DNA from: Paraphysomonas bandaiensis
Lineage: Eukaryota; Protista; Chrysophyceae
Assembly: GCA_965644295.1 (NCBI GenBank)
Contig: CBFFRP010000029.1
Span: 1,958-65,957, forward strand
Reading direction: 5' to 3'
DNA: 64,000 bases
In this document: positions 52,441 to 63,018 of the stretch, one piece after another
How the letters are laid out: every line of letters starts with the position of its first letter
Numbering within the stretch: position 1 is the first letter of the stretch
Notes under the pieces: model-generated
What the model was told of the DNA's origin: nothing
What the model saw: the letters and a program-made list of their open reading frames with translations, nothing else
Databases searched by the model: none
Program-made: the position numbers and the translations under genes

Positions 52441-52697
52441 ACTACGGTGGAGGCAACATACATCGTGATTTTGTCATAGAAAATATTTCTTAGTTTATTC
52501 ATATTTGTTGAAGTACTATATTATTTATCATAATCCTTTGTTTGTCATAATTATCCTCAGTGGGGGACTAACTAACATAATTTTTATTAGTAGCTAGTAA
52601 CTCCCACACTGAGGATATTTATAACAAACAAGGTCTCATGACAGTTGCAACAAATATATAAACTGAGAAATATTTTCTAAGTCAGCTACTCCATAGT
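52441..52697. repeat. Foldback/MITE-like palindrome
   Basis: 52477-52510 pairs with 52648-52679; an inner arm pair TATCCTCAGTG / CACTGAGGATA is also present. Confidence 0.7.
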
Positions 52698-54619
52698 CAC
52701 GAACAGAATTGTCTTAGCACTTCCACATCTTAGCCACATAACATATAACATTAATATGTATATAGAAATATGTATAACAAACTAAAGCCAAATTCTCGAA
52801 ATAAAAATCTTGATTTAATGTTGTCACTACCAAGATTACTATGCTGTAGATATGCTTGGTTGATAATTCAAGCTTTGTTTCTCTCAGCCGCCTTGACAAC
52901 GACACACTTGATAAAATTGTTGACTTTTTCAGAAGCTGCTTCATAAATTAAAAGGGATCTATTATTGGACCTAGTAAATTGGTGTAATTTCCTAGTCACA
53001 CAAGCATTATTCGTTATCTGTGTTTGAATATTGTCACTTACATTATTTAGATAGCTTTTAACTCTATATATCCGATATCTGTACACCATCAGTATATATA
53101 TATGCCCCTGGATTTATAATTATATCTGTGTCTATGGTGATGGTGTTGGTCTCTATGTTCTGTAGGTATATGTTGTTTTGGAGAAGAAAAATATGGGCAC
53201 ATTATCTTCTGAGATTTGTTGGAGAGGACCGAAAAAGTACCACTTATAATTTAGTCCGTCTATATCCTTCCTTTGAAAGAGTAAAGACTGTGATTTGTGT
53301 TACTATGTTGAGTAGGGAGACTGTGTGTAATTAACAGTAGTGTAGAACACTAAAAATGATGATAATAACAATTATTATTGACTTCCAAAATATTAGACAC
53401 CAGTCAAGAGTTCTTTGGCTGCTGCCTTATGTTGACCAACACAGATATATATGTCCCCTGGGGCACGTTGCAATAGGTGTGACTGTATACATATCCCTCG
53501 TTACGTATTGCATTTTTGTTTATCAAAAGTGGCACTTTCATTACCATGTATTCGCCACGCTATCAACAATTGAATTCACTACCGTTATATATCGATATAT
53601 CGTTAAGTATTCTAATAATGGCAAAGTCATCACATCAGTCGTTAACATTTATTTCCAACTGTGAGTGTTCGCAACATCCTAGCTGTAATATTTACACTAC
53701 TGTCATAAAATTTACTAATGGGGGTGGAGCTGAAGCTACTAGTGAATACTATATATACTACGAACTACGAATAGATTTCATGGCTAACAGTTTTTATCTC
53801 ATGGCTATACTTTGATGCTCTCATTGACGCAGCTAAATGGAACTGCTTGAAGTCGAGGTAAAATACCAAAACCTGGTTTTTGATGTAAAACCTGGTGAAA
53901 TTTTTGGTGATGGTCGGAAAAGGGTATAACTATGCGCAATAAGTAACTATGAAGTTAATAACAGTGTGAAAAGTATTATTTATAATATTTTTTACTAATT
54001 TCTTCCATATTACTTCAGTTTTACAGCAATAAAAGTAACCGACTACACACATATATTATACAGTTCAAGCTATTCCGCCAAGCATAATATAAAGCTATTC
54101 TTTGTACGATACCCCACAACTACGTCGACGTTTTCCGGTCACAACATTCTCAGATGAGATAGCGCCTTGATCCACCCATTCGGTTGTAGGCTCTGTCACT
54201 ATTTCCCATTGCTGTTTTTTAGTCCTTTTCTTTGACGAAGTTACTGTATAATATTATATAATATATTATAACGTTTACATAATAATCATATATATTATTA
54301 TTATATATACTAACCTTTTATGTGCCTCAAGTAACTTGCCGCTAGGTTGTTGTCATATTGTCCATCATTATATTTGATATCATCGTAAGTATTGTCGCTG
54401 TGTACCTGAGTATATATATCTCTTACATTATTTATTGATTAAATATATGTGTTACACATGTCGCTGCTTACCTCAGAAATAATACCTCTTAAATTGTGTA
54501 TGTTAGAAACTAGTTCACCAAATGTACGGTGCATTGAGCACGCCTCTCGGTTCGTCAGGTAAAGATCCATCTGACTCTTGAATAACTAATCGTGGAGGGT
54601 TGCGCTTATTAATTGCAGC

Positions 54620-55649
54620 TGAGTTGTGCCCGCTGTATTGAACAGTGGGTTGTGCTCTAACCGTCCTTATACCTGGACGGCCACAAAGAATGCATCTGAA
54701 ATTATTCGCATGATGCCCACTCGGACCTATCGCGGATGGATGTCTCCCATATGGAGTGTGTACCTGGAGGTTCTGTCCCAGATTTATCCAGTTTGCGTCG
54801 ATGGGGGTTTAAAGCTTATGTGAAGACTCCCAGGGGTGATCGTCAAAAAAATTGGCAAGACAAATCGCAGATTGGATATTTTTTAGGTCTCTCCAAAAAG
54901 AAGAGGGGATTCAGAATATGGCTAGGAGAGTCCGAAGTTGTGTCAGTACATGTGTCATTCGACGAGAGCATTCCCCCCAGAGAGAAGGAGTACTTCGAGG
55001 AGCTGGAGGCTGCGTTAGTTAAACATGATCCCCAGGCTCGACAGGTTGAAGAGTTCAACCATTTGATTGGATCTTACCATACCGATGAGGGTTTCCTGTT
55101 TAGGACTACGAGAGTCGTGGTTCGGAAAGGTTTGATCGTGGCTTATAGAGCCTTAGTAACTGCTGGTAGAGAGCAGTTGGAGGAGAAGACTCCGATACAT
55201 ATAGCTGATGTAGTGAAACTAACTCAGTCGTATAATTTGCGCAGGTGGCACGAAAATCCTGCGACCCGTGACGATGGGGCAGGTGGTGAGGAGCGATCGA
55301 TGCCGGCTGAGGGTGGGACACCCAAACAGTCTACGGCAGATGACTCATCAGGGAGTGAGCAGACTCCATGTGCCTTACCCGAGAGAAGCGTGAGCACTTC
55401 GTCTAGAGAGACAAGTGTGTGTGTCCCTAGTAGTCAAACTGCTAACCCGCCGGCTGCTATAAGCAAGAGGGTACGAACCCAAAGAGTGATGACCAACGTG
55501 TCTACTCTGGGTGAAATCAACTTCCTGTGTGAGGAAGATGCCGTTAATATGTGTAAGGCAAGTGATGACTCATTGATTACTGAACCGTCTGATTATAGGG
55601 AGAAGTTTTCTCATGTAATAATCAGATCTAATTAATGATTATAGGGAGC
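54620..55649 (+). mobile_element. Ty1/Copia pol fragment (integrase C-terminus to start of RT), interrupted by the Gypsy element
   Basis: SP...PDLSSLRRWGFKAYV...GYFLGLS....GFRIW...SVHVSFDE, then EPSDYRE (the EPxxYxE motif that precedes Copia RT). Confidence 0.82.
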
Positions 55650-56666
55650 TGTGACGTAACCCGGTTTGATAACCAGAATCACGGCTCGCAGTACAGGTAT
55701 AGCACACAAACACGCAAGTGTGAAAACAATGTATAATTAATTATGTTTTGACTGCTCTAGGAAAAACCTAATGCTCAGTAAATGATACCCGCCAAGTATC
55801 ACCACGCAAGGAACACCGCCAGTGCAACAAGATCGTTGGCACCAAGCACTTCGGTTAAGCCTAAACAAGTGCATAACACCATAGCATACATGTTACACCC
55901 ACTCCTACTCCTCAACAACATCACAACACCCTGCAACGTCATCACTACCCACAGAAACGTGTTTATTCTATAAACTGAATACACACAGCAACCTAGGAGC
56001 AACGTATAACCGCATACTAATAGTACACTACATCCTACGTTTTACTTTCTACCTAAATTCCCTTACAAAAACAGTATACCGCCACTTTGGTGTATTTTAG
56101 CATTCAAGAACCCAATATCCCTAATATCCAGGTTATGCGTAAATACAACCTTGCATACCAGGTATTACATATCACAATTGATTCCCCACTGAGTCTGGTA
56201 TGAACACTCGTACACCTCGAGTATATAATATCCATTCTCCGTTGATGTGATATGTACTTGCCCCCCTATAGGGTAGTATGAGTAATGCCAGTACGTATTC
56301 CTATGGAAGTATACACTGCAACTGCTACACTGGAATACTGACCCACATAACTTTATTATAAATTTGTGGCAGGTTTCACATTGCGTGAAGTCACCATCAG
56401 CAGATCATAGTGTACATCATCATCGGCAGATAAAGTGGACATCACACCTGAACGTTGATTCAGTGTGTAGGTACATCATAGCTCATTAACCCATCTTAAT
56501 GAGTATAACATAGAATATGCATCCTAGACATGGTATAGGGTCCTGATGATATAATGTTCTTGATATAGGGTCCTAAACTAATATCACAGGGTCCTGAATG
56601 GGCAATGCATGCAGTTCTGGTACTATAGCCACGTAGATAGGGCATAGGAAATGCCACGTGGTCACA
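55650..56666 (-). repeat. 3' LTR (1017 bp)
   Basis: TGTGAC...GTCACA termini; preceded on the minus strand by the purine tract GAGGGGGGGAGG (56670-56681). Confidence 0.93.
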
Positions 56667-56837
56667 CTGCCTCCCCCCCTCGTTTTTGTGAGAAATCCAT
56701 GGTCGCACACATGTCAATGGGACTAGGTTTGAAATAGCCATCCAAACGAACCACCATGGAGTATTATTATCATATTATAGATGTAATTCGGAGAATACTG
56801 AAAAATTTCACATCGTAAATTGTAGAGTAGGAACACT

Positions 56838-59800
56838 TTATACCGACTGATTAACTTGTGGAAATTTGCTGGCAAATTCCTCGTCTACAAAGACCATTGT
56901 AGAAGAATCAAATTCTTTATGGGCAAAACAATGGATATGGTAATTATCAAGTCGGAAAGTTTGTTTAGTCATCACATTTTTAGTTGAGAGTATCCGTTTG
57001 GAACTTTTATGATACCAATGTGTGAAGACAAAACGTGCAACATAAGTAATAAAATGAGAATCCGGTAACTCCAGGCTTTCATACCACAGGTCCCCGAAAA
57101 CTCTTAAGTCAACATAAGCCTCATCACCTGGCTGAAAACTAGTGATAGGCTGCTTACGGATTTTTGCAATATATTCCTTTGCCTCTTTAACCGGATAAAT
57201 AAGATGATATAAATATCTTTTCTTAGAACAGAAATCGGCATATGGAATAGAGTCAAAAATATCCTTACTGAATGGAATGTCACGAACATCACCATCCTGA
57301 AATTTCACAGTGAAAACTAGAGAGGTTCTGGTGTCTCTATCCCCTCTGTAGTATAGAATCGTGTCAATCACATGCTGTTCATGGTCTCTGCAAGCCATGT
57401 TATACGCTGTGTCTTGATCACCCGCAAAAAGTTTAACCTCCCGCACATCGACTTTCACAACTTGTCCTGTCACCAAATGTCTGCAATCAATGTCATTTTT
57501 ATATTGAGATATGACTTTGAAAGGACCCATATAACGGTGAGACATCTTAGGATGTACTTTAGCACCCTTGTCGAACAAAACAAGATCTCCCGGCTGATAT
57601 CTGTTCTGCTTGTCGGCCGGTATACCTTGGCTAGCCCGCTCTTGCACAAGACGCTGTTGATAAGCATGCGAAGCTGCCCTGAGCTCACGAAGGTTATCAT
57701 TAAAACGTTTAAGTCGTGCATGCGCATCCTGGGAAAGAGAGTCGGTGTCCACGTTAAAATAACGCTTATCCTCCGATCCAAAAGTCAACTCGAATGGTGA
57801 GAATCCCGTCTCAGATGACACTTCAGAGTTAAGAATGTGTTGGACACTGGCGATCCAGCTAGGATCTTCAAAAACATCTGTGCGCTCTTGACGCTCGCTA
57901 GCATCATATACTAGAGCTCGTAGGTGACGTACTACCTCACCTATGATACGTTCTGAGCCATTCGCATGCCGGTTGGCTATACTGAACGTATGGCGCATTC
58001 CCATGTATTCCGTTAGCTGTTGGAATAGATCCGAAGTTAAATCCGGACCCTGGTCTGAAATCACGACATCCGTGTGACCGTAATAGGACCAATACTTCCA
58101 CACAGTATTCGCTAAATTCAAAGCCGTTACTCCTTTTACTGGTTCCAGAAAAACGAGCTTTGTGTGAAGGTTCACTATCACATTGATATGAGTGTAACCG
58201 TCCTTGCCATGTGGAGTAATCTCCACTGCATCAATTCCAATAGCACTGCGAGCCCCCGGTGGTTTTAGGTTGCGCACTATGGGAATAAGTGCTTCCTTCA
58301 TGGCTAACCGGGTTTTTACGCAAGTTGGACAGTTGGATATATATTCTGCTACCACCTGATATGGTATTCCATGCCCTGGAAAACGTTTATTGAGACGAAT
58401 CCAAGTAGCTTTCCCTCCAAGATGACCCACGCGAGAGTTGTGTACCTCACGCAAGCATTCCTCACGAGATATATTCATGGAAGGTTGTTCTTGGTCACTG
58501 AGATCCGACGGGTCCATAAAATTTCCTAGGAATGAGAAATACTCAGAATCCTGACAGTCCTCTCCCAGAAAATAGGCATCATCCCACATAGAATCATCCA
58601 AGAACATGCCCGACAGATAAGCCAGTTGGTGTTCCCTGGATAACCAGTCTGCTAACCAATTCTGTGCTCCCGAAATATGTCGGATTTTAAAATTGAATGA
58701 TTGCAAGAATATTCTCCATCTAACAATTTTTGGTACCTCAGACGCTTCCATCCAGAGCAAATTGTTATGGTCTGTTTCTATTGTAAACTGCTTTCCAACT
58801 AAGTAATACGCTAGCTGTTTAACCGAATAGTAGATACCATAGCCCTCCTGCTCTATAGTAGCCCATTTCATTGCTTGCTCTGAAAACTTTTTAGAGATAA
58901 AGGCAATAGGTTGCAATTGAGCTTCTCCTGACGGTAATATCTTCCGTTGTAGTAGTACAGAACCTATACCTAGCTCACTTGCATCAGTCCGTAAAATCCA
59001 CTCTAACTCATAATCAGGGTAGAAGAGCTCACAAGCATCTTGTAAACCTTTTATGAAACGTTTGTACTCAGCTTCATAATCATGACGCCAAGTAGATTTA
59101 TTCCAATTGAAAGATTTCTTGGTGAGGTCCGTTAGATGACCTACTAAGTCAGAGTACTTTGGCGTGAAGCTGGAAAAGAAAACTCCCTTGCCTAGCAGAG
59201 ATCTAGCTTGTTTAGTCGATGATGGCATGGGTATGTTTGCCAGCGCTTCCTTTTTATCCGGACACACTTCATACGATTTGTGTTTGCACACATATCCAAA
59301 AAAATTAACCTTTTTAAAACCAAGCCAGCTCTTAGCCATTTTCAACTTTATGTTTCTCTCCAGACATCTGTCAATAACTCGTTCCAACTTTTCATAAGCA
59401 TCCTGGGGATCGTTGGCTAGTATTAGCATATTATCAAAAATGACGATGGCCCAGTCTGAAAAATCAGCAAATATCTCCCGAACAACCTCTTGCAGTACAC
59501 CAGTAGCAGGTGCTATACCCTCTGGCATGAAATTAGGTGCAAACTGTCCCCATGGCGTTTGAATGGACAATTTCTCGGAAGTTTCCTCATCCAAAGGTAT
59601 TTGATGAAACGCATTTGTAAGATCTATATCCAAATAATATGGAAAATTAATGATCTTGTCAAGTTCATGTTTGACATTGGGAATAGTGTAGTTTCCCACA
59701 TGCATATGATCATTTATCTTAACGTAGTCCCCACAAAATCGAATGTAAGGAGGTGTAGCCTTGGGCGCTACTACAAGGCAAGAAGCCCATGGCGATCTAC

Positions 59801-60824
59801 TCTTCCGGTAAAAATACCCACACAGACGACGAAATTCTTTCTCTGATGCTTCCCATAGCTTCGGGTTAATAGGCCTCGCTTTGGGTTTGATCCGATCCGG
59901 AAGTGTATCTTTCCACTTAATTTTTAAAGGTTCAACACCTTTTACACCAGACCACTCATCTGGTACAAAGACTTTAACCGCTTTAGTTCGTAGGAGATGC
60001 ATCACATTTGTTTGTTCCTTCATCTCACTACTAACATGGGTCTCCAACAACTGCTCATAGTCTTTTAAAGCTTCCGCTCTAGTCTTTCCTAAGAATACCA
60101 AAGCTTCTTTAAATTGAACCGGCAATTCGGAATCCTCTTCCTCCGGTGCAATTTGAGTACTCGCTTTAGACCATGGTTCCACTATTTGTCCATGCTCTAA
60201 GCCAGACAAATCATGACTCGAAATCTTCTTGGTATCACTTTCTATCTCATAAGATGTTTGTTCAAAAGCATGCCTCATCAATTCACACATAAAGGGATAC
60301 AAAGTACCAGTAAGTGCCGGCAATCCAAGTATGACATCATTATGTTTCATGTCAATAATTAGGAAATCCCCTTTGAACTGATACTGTTTTCCATAAGGGT
60401 CAGCCAACAAAAGATTGAGTCTGACTCCTTGTGTGACTGTTTTTATAGTAGTACTATCCGCCAATACTACTCTATGATTCGCATCGTATAAAAATTCGGG
60501 GTTTAGCTCTGGCATTAAACTCTCAACCAGACCCCTAGACACGTAGTTGGCTGAAAGCGCTCCCGTATCACAAAGTACGGTGATCAATTTTTCCGAATTC
60601 TCTCTCATATTAGTGTTCATTATTAGCCTAGCTACAGTATGTGCTGATGTCATTTTTCGCGTACTAGGAAAGCAAGCATACAGCTTAGCTTGCCCCTCGG
60701 TTTGCACAGAACACAATGCCGCCGTGAATGTAGACTCTTCAAATTGTAAACAACAATCGTCATCCCCGTCACACCCATTAACTACACTGACATCCTGCGC
60801 TCCCCGCACGCAATGGTCCTTCCA
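56838..60824 (-). CDS. pol: Gypsy Pol: protease, RT, RNase H, integrase, chromodomain-like tail
   Basis: LCDTGA; IDLTNAFHQI and VIFDN; RTDAS/EQE/ETDH/ADWLSR; H-H-CxxC; IGIDAV/ISDQG/GSER; uninterrupted frame. Confidence 0.93.
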   Translation of the reverse strand, partial: WKDHCVRGAQDVSVVNGCDGDDDCCLQFEESTFTAALCSVQTEGQAKLYACFPSTRKMTSAHTVARLIMNTNMRENSEKLITVLCDTGALSANYVSRGLVESLMPELNPEFLYDANHRVVLADSTTIKTVTQGVRLNLLLADPYGKQYQFKGDFLIIDMKHNDVILGLPALTGTLYPFMCELMRHAFEQTSYEIESDTKKISSHDLSGLEHGQIVEPWSKASTQIAPEEEDSELPVQFKEALVFLGKTRAEALKDYEQLLETHVSSEMKEQTNVMHLLRTKAVKVFVPDEWSGVKGVEPLKIKWKDTLPDRIKPKARPINPKLWEASEKEFRRLCGYFYRKSRSPWASCLVVAPKATPPYIRFCGDYVKINDHMHVGNYTIPNVKHELDKIINFPYYLDIDLTNAFHQIPLDEETSEKLSIQTPWGQFAPNFMPEGIAPATGVLQEVVREIFADFSDWAIVIFDNMLILANDPQDAYEKLERVIDRCLERNIKLKMAKSWLGFKKVNFFGYVCKHKSYEVCPDKKEALANIPMPSSTKQARSLLGKGVFFSSFTPKYSDLVGHLTDLTKKSFNWNKSTWRHDYEAEYKRFIKGLQDACELFYPDYELEWILRTDASELGIGSVLLQRKILPSGEAQLQPIAFISKKFSEQAMKWATIEQEGYGIYYSVKQLAYYLVGKQFTIETDHNNLLWMEASEVPKIVRWRIFLQSFNFKIRHISGAQNWLADWLSREHQLAYLSGMFLDDSMWDDAYFLGEDCQDSEYFSFLGNFMDPSDLSDQEQPSMNISREECLREVHNSRVGHLGGKATWIRLNKRFPGHGIPYQVVAEYISNCPTCVKTRLAMKEALIPIVRNLKPPGARSAIGIDAVEITPHGKDGYTHINVIVNLHTKLVFLEPVKGVTALNLANTVWKYWSYYGHTDVVISDQGPDLTSDLFQQLTEYMGMRHTFSIANRHANGSERIIGEVVRHLRALVYDASERQERTDVFEDPSWIASVQHILNSEVSSETGFSPFELTFGSEDKRYFNVDTDSLSQDAHARLKRFNDNLRELRAASHAYQQRLVQERASQGIPADKQNRYQPGDLVLFDKGAKVHPKMSHRYMGPFKVISQYKNDIDCRHLVTGQVVKVDVREVKLFAGDQDTAYNMACRDHEQHVIDTILYYRGDRDTRTSLVFTVKFQDGDVRDIPFSKDIFDSIPYADFCSKKRYLYHLIYPVKEAKEYIAKIRKQPITSFQPGDEAYVDLRVFGDLWYESLELPDSHFITYVARFVFTHWYHKSSKRILSTKNVMTKQTFRLDNYHIHCFAHKEFDSSTMVFVDEEFASKFPQVNQSV

Positions 60825-62633
60825 TCAAGGTCGGGAATCGCCGAAGCGATCCCTTCTCAAGATAGAAGTTGGATTGGATCTACCAGTGGAACCATCCTCA
60901 GCTTTCAGGAAAGCATTGAGCTTATCCCTCATCTCAACAGCCGAGGTTCTCAAGCACTGAGAATTGTGGTTGTATTTGCACTGTGGCTTGTTGCATTTCC
61001 CATACAACATCTGCCTCAGGCAACCGAATTTCTCAACTCTCGAACTCGTATCACCAGCAGGTTTATCCTGAGAAGAAGCCATAAAAGAAACCTCTTGCTC
61101 ATTAACAACTGCTGTAGGATCAGGTTCCAGATCCTGCGATGATGTAACGTCCTTGGCTGAGCCACGACGTAAATCAATGTTACCCTCTTCATCATCTGAA
61201 GAACTAGGGTATTCGAGATTTATCTGCTCCGGACCTCGATCAAAATCCGAATCATCAGAAACATATCCATCAATGTGAGTGAGAGCATGTGAATCTCTGT
61301 TATTCCGATGATCATAGTCCTTGTAAGAAGTAGACCGCATCGGAGACGGATGTTTCTCATTATTCTTGGAAAACAAATCCCTTTTCCGTTTGTTGTACTC
61401 ATCAAGTTTGTTTTTAGCCTCAATGTTAGCCTCAAACGGTAACTGACGAGCTGCTAAGCAAATCTGATAATGATCTACTAAAATGGCCGTAAATTCATCG
61501 AAAAACTCGTTCATCGTGTCAAACTGTAGTTTATTCATGCACCCAAAGACATAACGAACATAATCCCTATCGTTCAAGTTTTTGAATAGTCTTACGAGCC
61601 CATATTCTTTGTCATCTACTCTGGGACACCAATCCTTATTAAACTCCAACATAATGGATAACATGGTTCGAAACAAATCAATAAGTTTCAACTGTTGGAA
61701 GTAAAACTGTTCGAACGTGACAGTTGTCACTTTCCTCCACTCCATGATCTTTATGTGTCTAAGAGAATCTCGTAGCTCCTCATAGAATCCCACACAATTA
61801 AAAACCTGAGTTTCCTTTGGAATTACACGCAGTAAGTCGGACAAATCCATCTCTGAAATCTCCGCATGACCGAGATGATACACTTCTCTTAGATGATCTC
61901 TTAATTCTCCAGAGACAACCTTTTGTAGACGCACAGTGGTCTGTTCCTCTTCTTGAAAATCCAAGATTTGTTTGACAGCTCTAGCCACTTTAGAAAGCTT
62001 TAGTTCATTGATACGAACTTTGCAAGTCCTTTCCTCACGCATTACAACAGTCTGTTGCACATTTGGAAGGTTGGCATTCTTTTTCAATTCCCTGAACAGC
62101 TTCCCAGGTTTCTTGCCTCCTAACAAAGCTTGAGTTCTAGTAGGGAATTCAGAAGCCACCTGCTGATCACCATCTTCCTCAGCATTGCCATTTGACTGAG
62201 CAGTAGAAGTATCTTCCTCCTCCAACAATTCTCTTACAGACTCATCCCGCCAAGGAGTGCGATAGTGCTCCGCTAAATTATGCAGAGTAGAGTATCTCCT
62301 TGTATCACGTTTCTTTACCGGTTTCGGCAACGTGTCAGGAACTGTAGGTGTTCCTTTCGTAACTGATTCATCTGCCCCTGGGATATTTTGATCTTCCCTT
62401 AAAATCGTGGGGCTCTGCGCTCTAGAGCCGACTGGTGTACCTCTACGTGAGGCCCGCTCTTCGAGTCGCGTGACTCTGAACGTTAAGTCATCTATTCTCG
62501 TATCGAATTTCCTTTCCAAGGCATCGAAACGTGCAAGAATGATTTCGAGCATTGAAGGCTCTAGATCCTCCTTAACACTGCCTTCAGAACCAGAGTGGCT
62601 CTTAGGGCTACTCCTACCAACGGGAGTTTGCAT
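60825..62633 (-). CDS. gag: Gypsy Gag-like protein (602 aa) with C-terminal CCCH finger
   Basis: Lies between the 5' LTR and pol; N-terminal coiled coil; CLRQMLYGKCNKPQCKYNH. Confidence 0.85.
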   Translation of the reverse strand: MQTPVGRSSPKSHSGSEGSVKEDLEPSMLEIILARFDALERKFDTRIDDLTFRVTRLEERASRRGTPVGSRAQSPTILREDQNIPGADESVTKGTPTVPDTLPKPVKKRDTRRYSTLHNLAEHYRTPWRDESVRELLEEEDTSTAQSNGNAEEDGDQQVASEFPTRTQALLGGKKPGKLFRELKKNANLPNVQQTVVMREERTCKVRINELKLSKVARAVKQILDFQEEEQTTVRLQKVVSGELRDHLREVYHLGHAEISEMDLSDLLRVIPKETQVFNCVGFYEELRDSLRHIKIMEWRKVTTVTFEQFYFQQLKLIDLFRTMLSIMLEFNKDWCPRVDDKEYGLVRLFKNLNDRDYVRYVFGCMNKLQFDTMNEFFDEFTAILVDHYQICLAARQLPFEANIEAKNKLDEYNKRKRDLFSKNNEKHPSPMRSTSYKDYDHRNNRDSHALTHIDGYVSDDSDFDRGPEQINLEYPSSSDDEEGNIDLRRGSAKDVTSSQDLEPDPTAVVNEQEVSFMASSQDKPAGDTSSRVEKFGCLRQMLYGKCNKPQCKYNHNSQCLRTSAVEMRDKLNAFLKAEDGSTGRSNPTSILRRDRFGDSRP

Positions 62634-63018
62634 CTTCCACCTTAGTTGCTGTTACACTCCTCAGTTTATATACCCACACAGTGATTATATTTAAGCACAC
62701 CAGCAGATTTTTCACCTCAGAGTTACGCAGCTCCCTTGGTTTCAGAGACTAACAACGATCGACAAGGAGGGAATTAAAATTCGCTCACAGGTCTCAATGA
62801 AATAACTCAAATCCAGTCCCAAGTCCCCCGGAAGAAACTGACAAATCCACAGACCTGCGTAAGAATCCACCAAGACACCAAGACACCACTCAACACACTG
62901 ACACAAGACACCCCTGCACAACGCACACAAGCAAGGCACACAGACAGGTCTATCTAAATGATGTGTATCAAGAATTAATCACAAGAATTCTTGTGCGAGC
63001 AAATAAGTAAATATTTAC

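Noticed and set aside
52714-54500. Short ORFs in an AT-rich stretch
   Set aside because: Low complexity and no protein motifs.
55799-56002. Hydrophobic ORF in the LTR as an env-like gene
   Set aside because: Short, non-ATG start, and its frame differs between the two LTRs because of indels.
56370-56490. Hammerhead ribozyme or SECIS in the Gypsy LTR
   Set aside because: Hairpins exist, but the core reads CUGAUGG rather than CUGAUGA, and I could not build a convincing SECIS quartet by eye.
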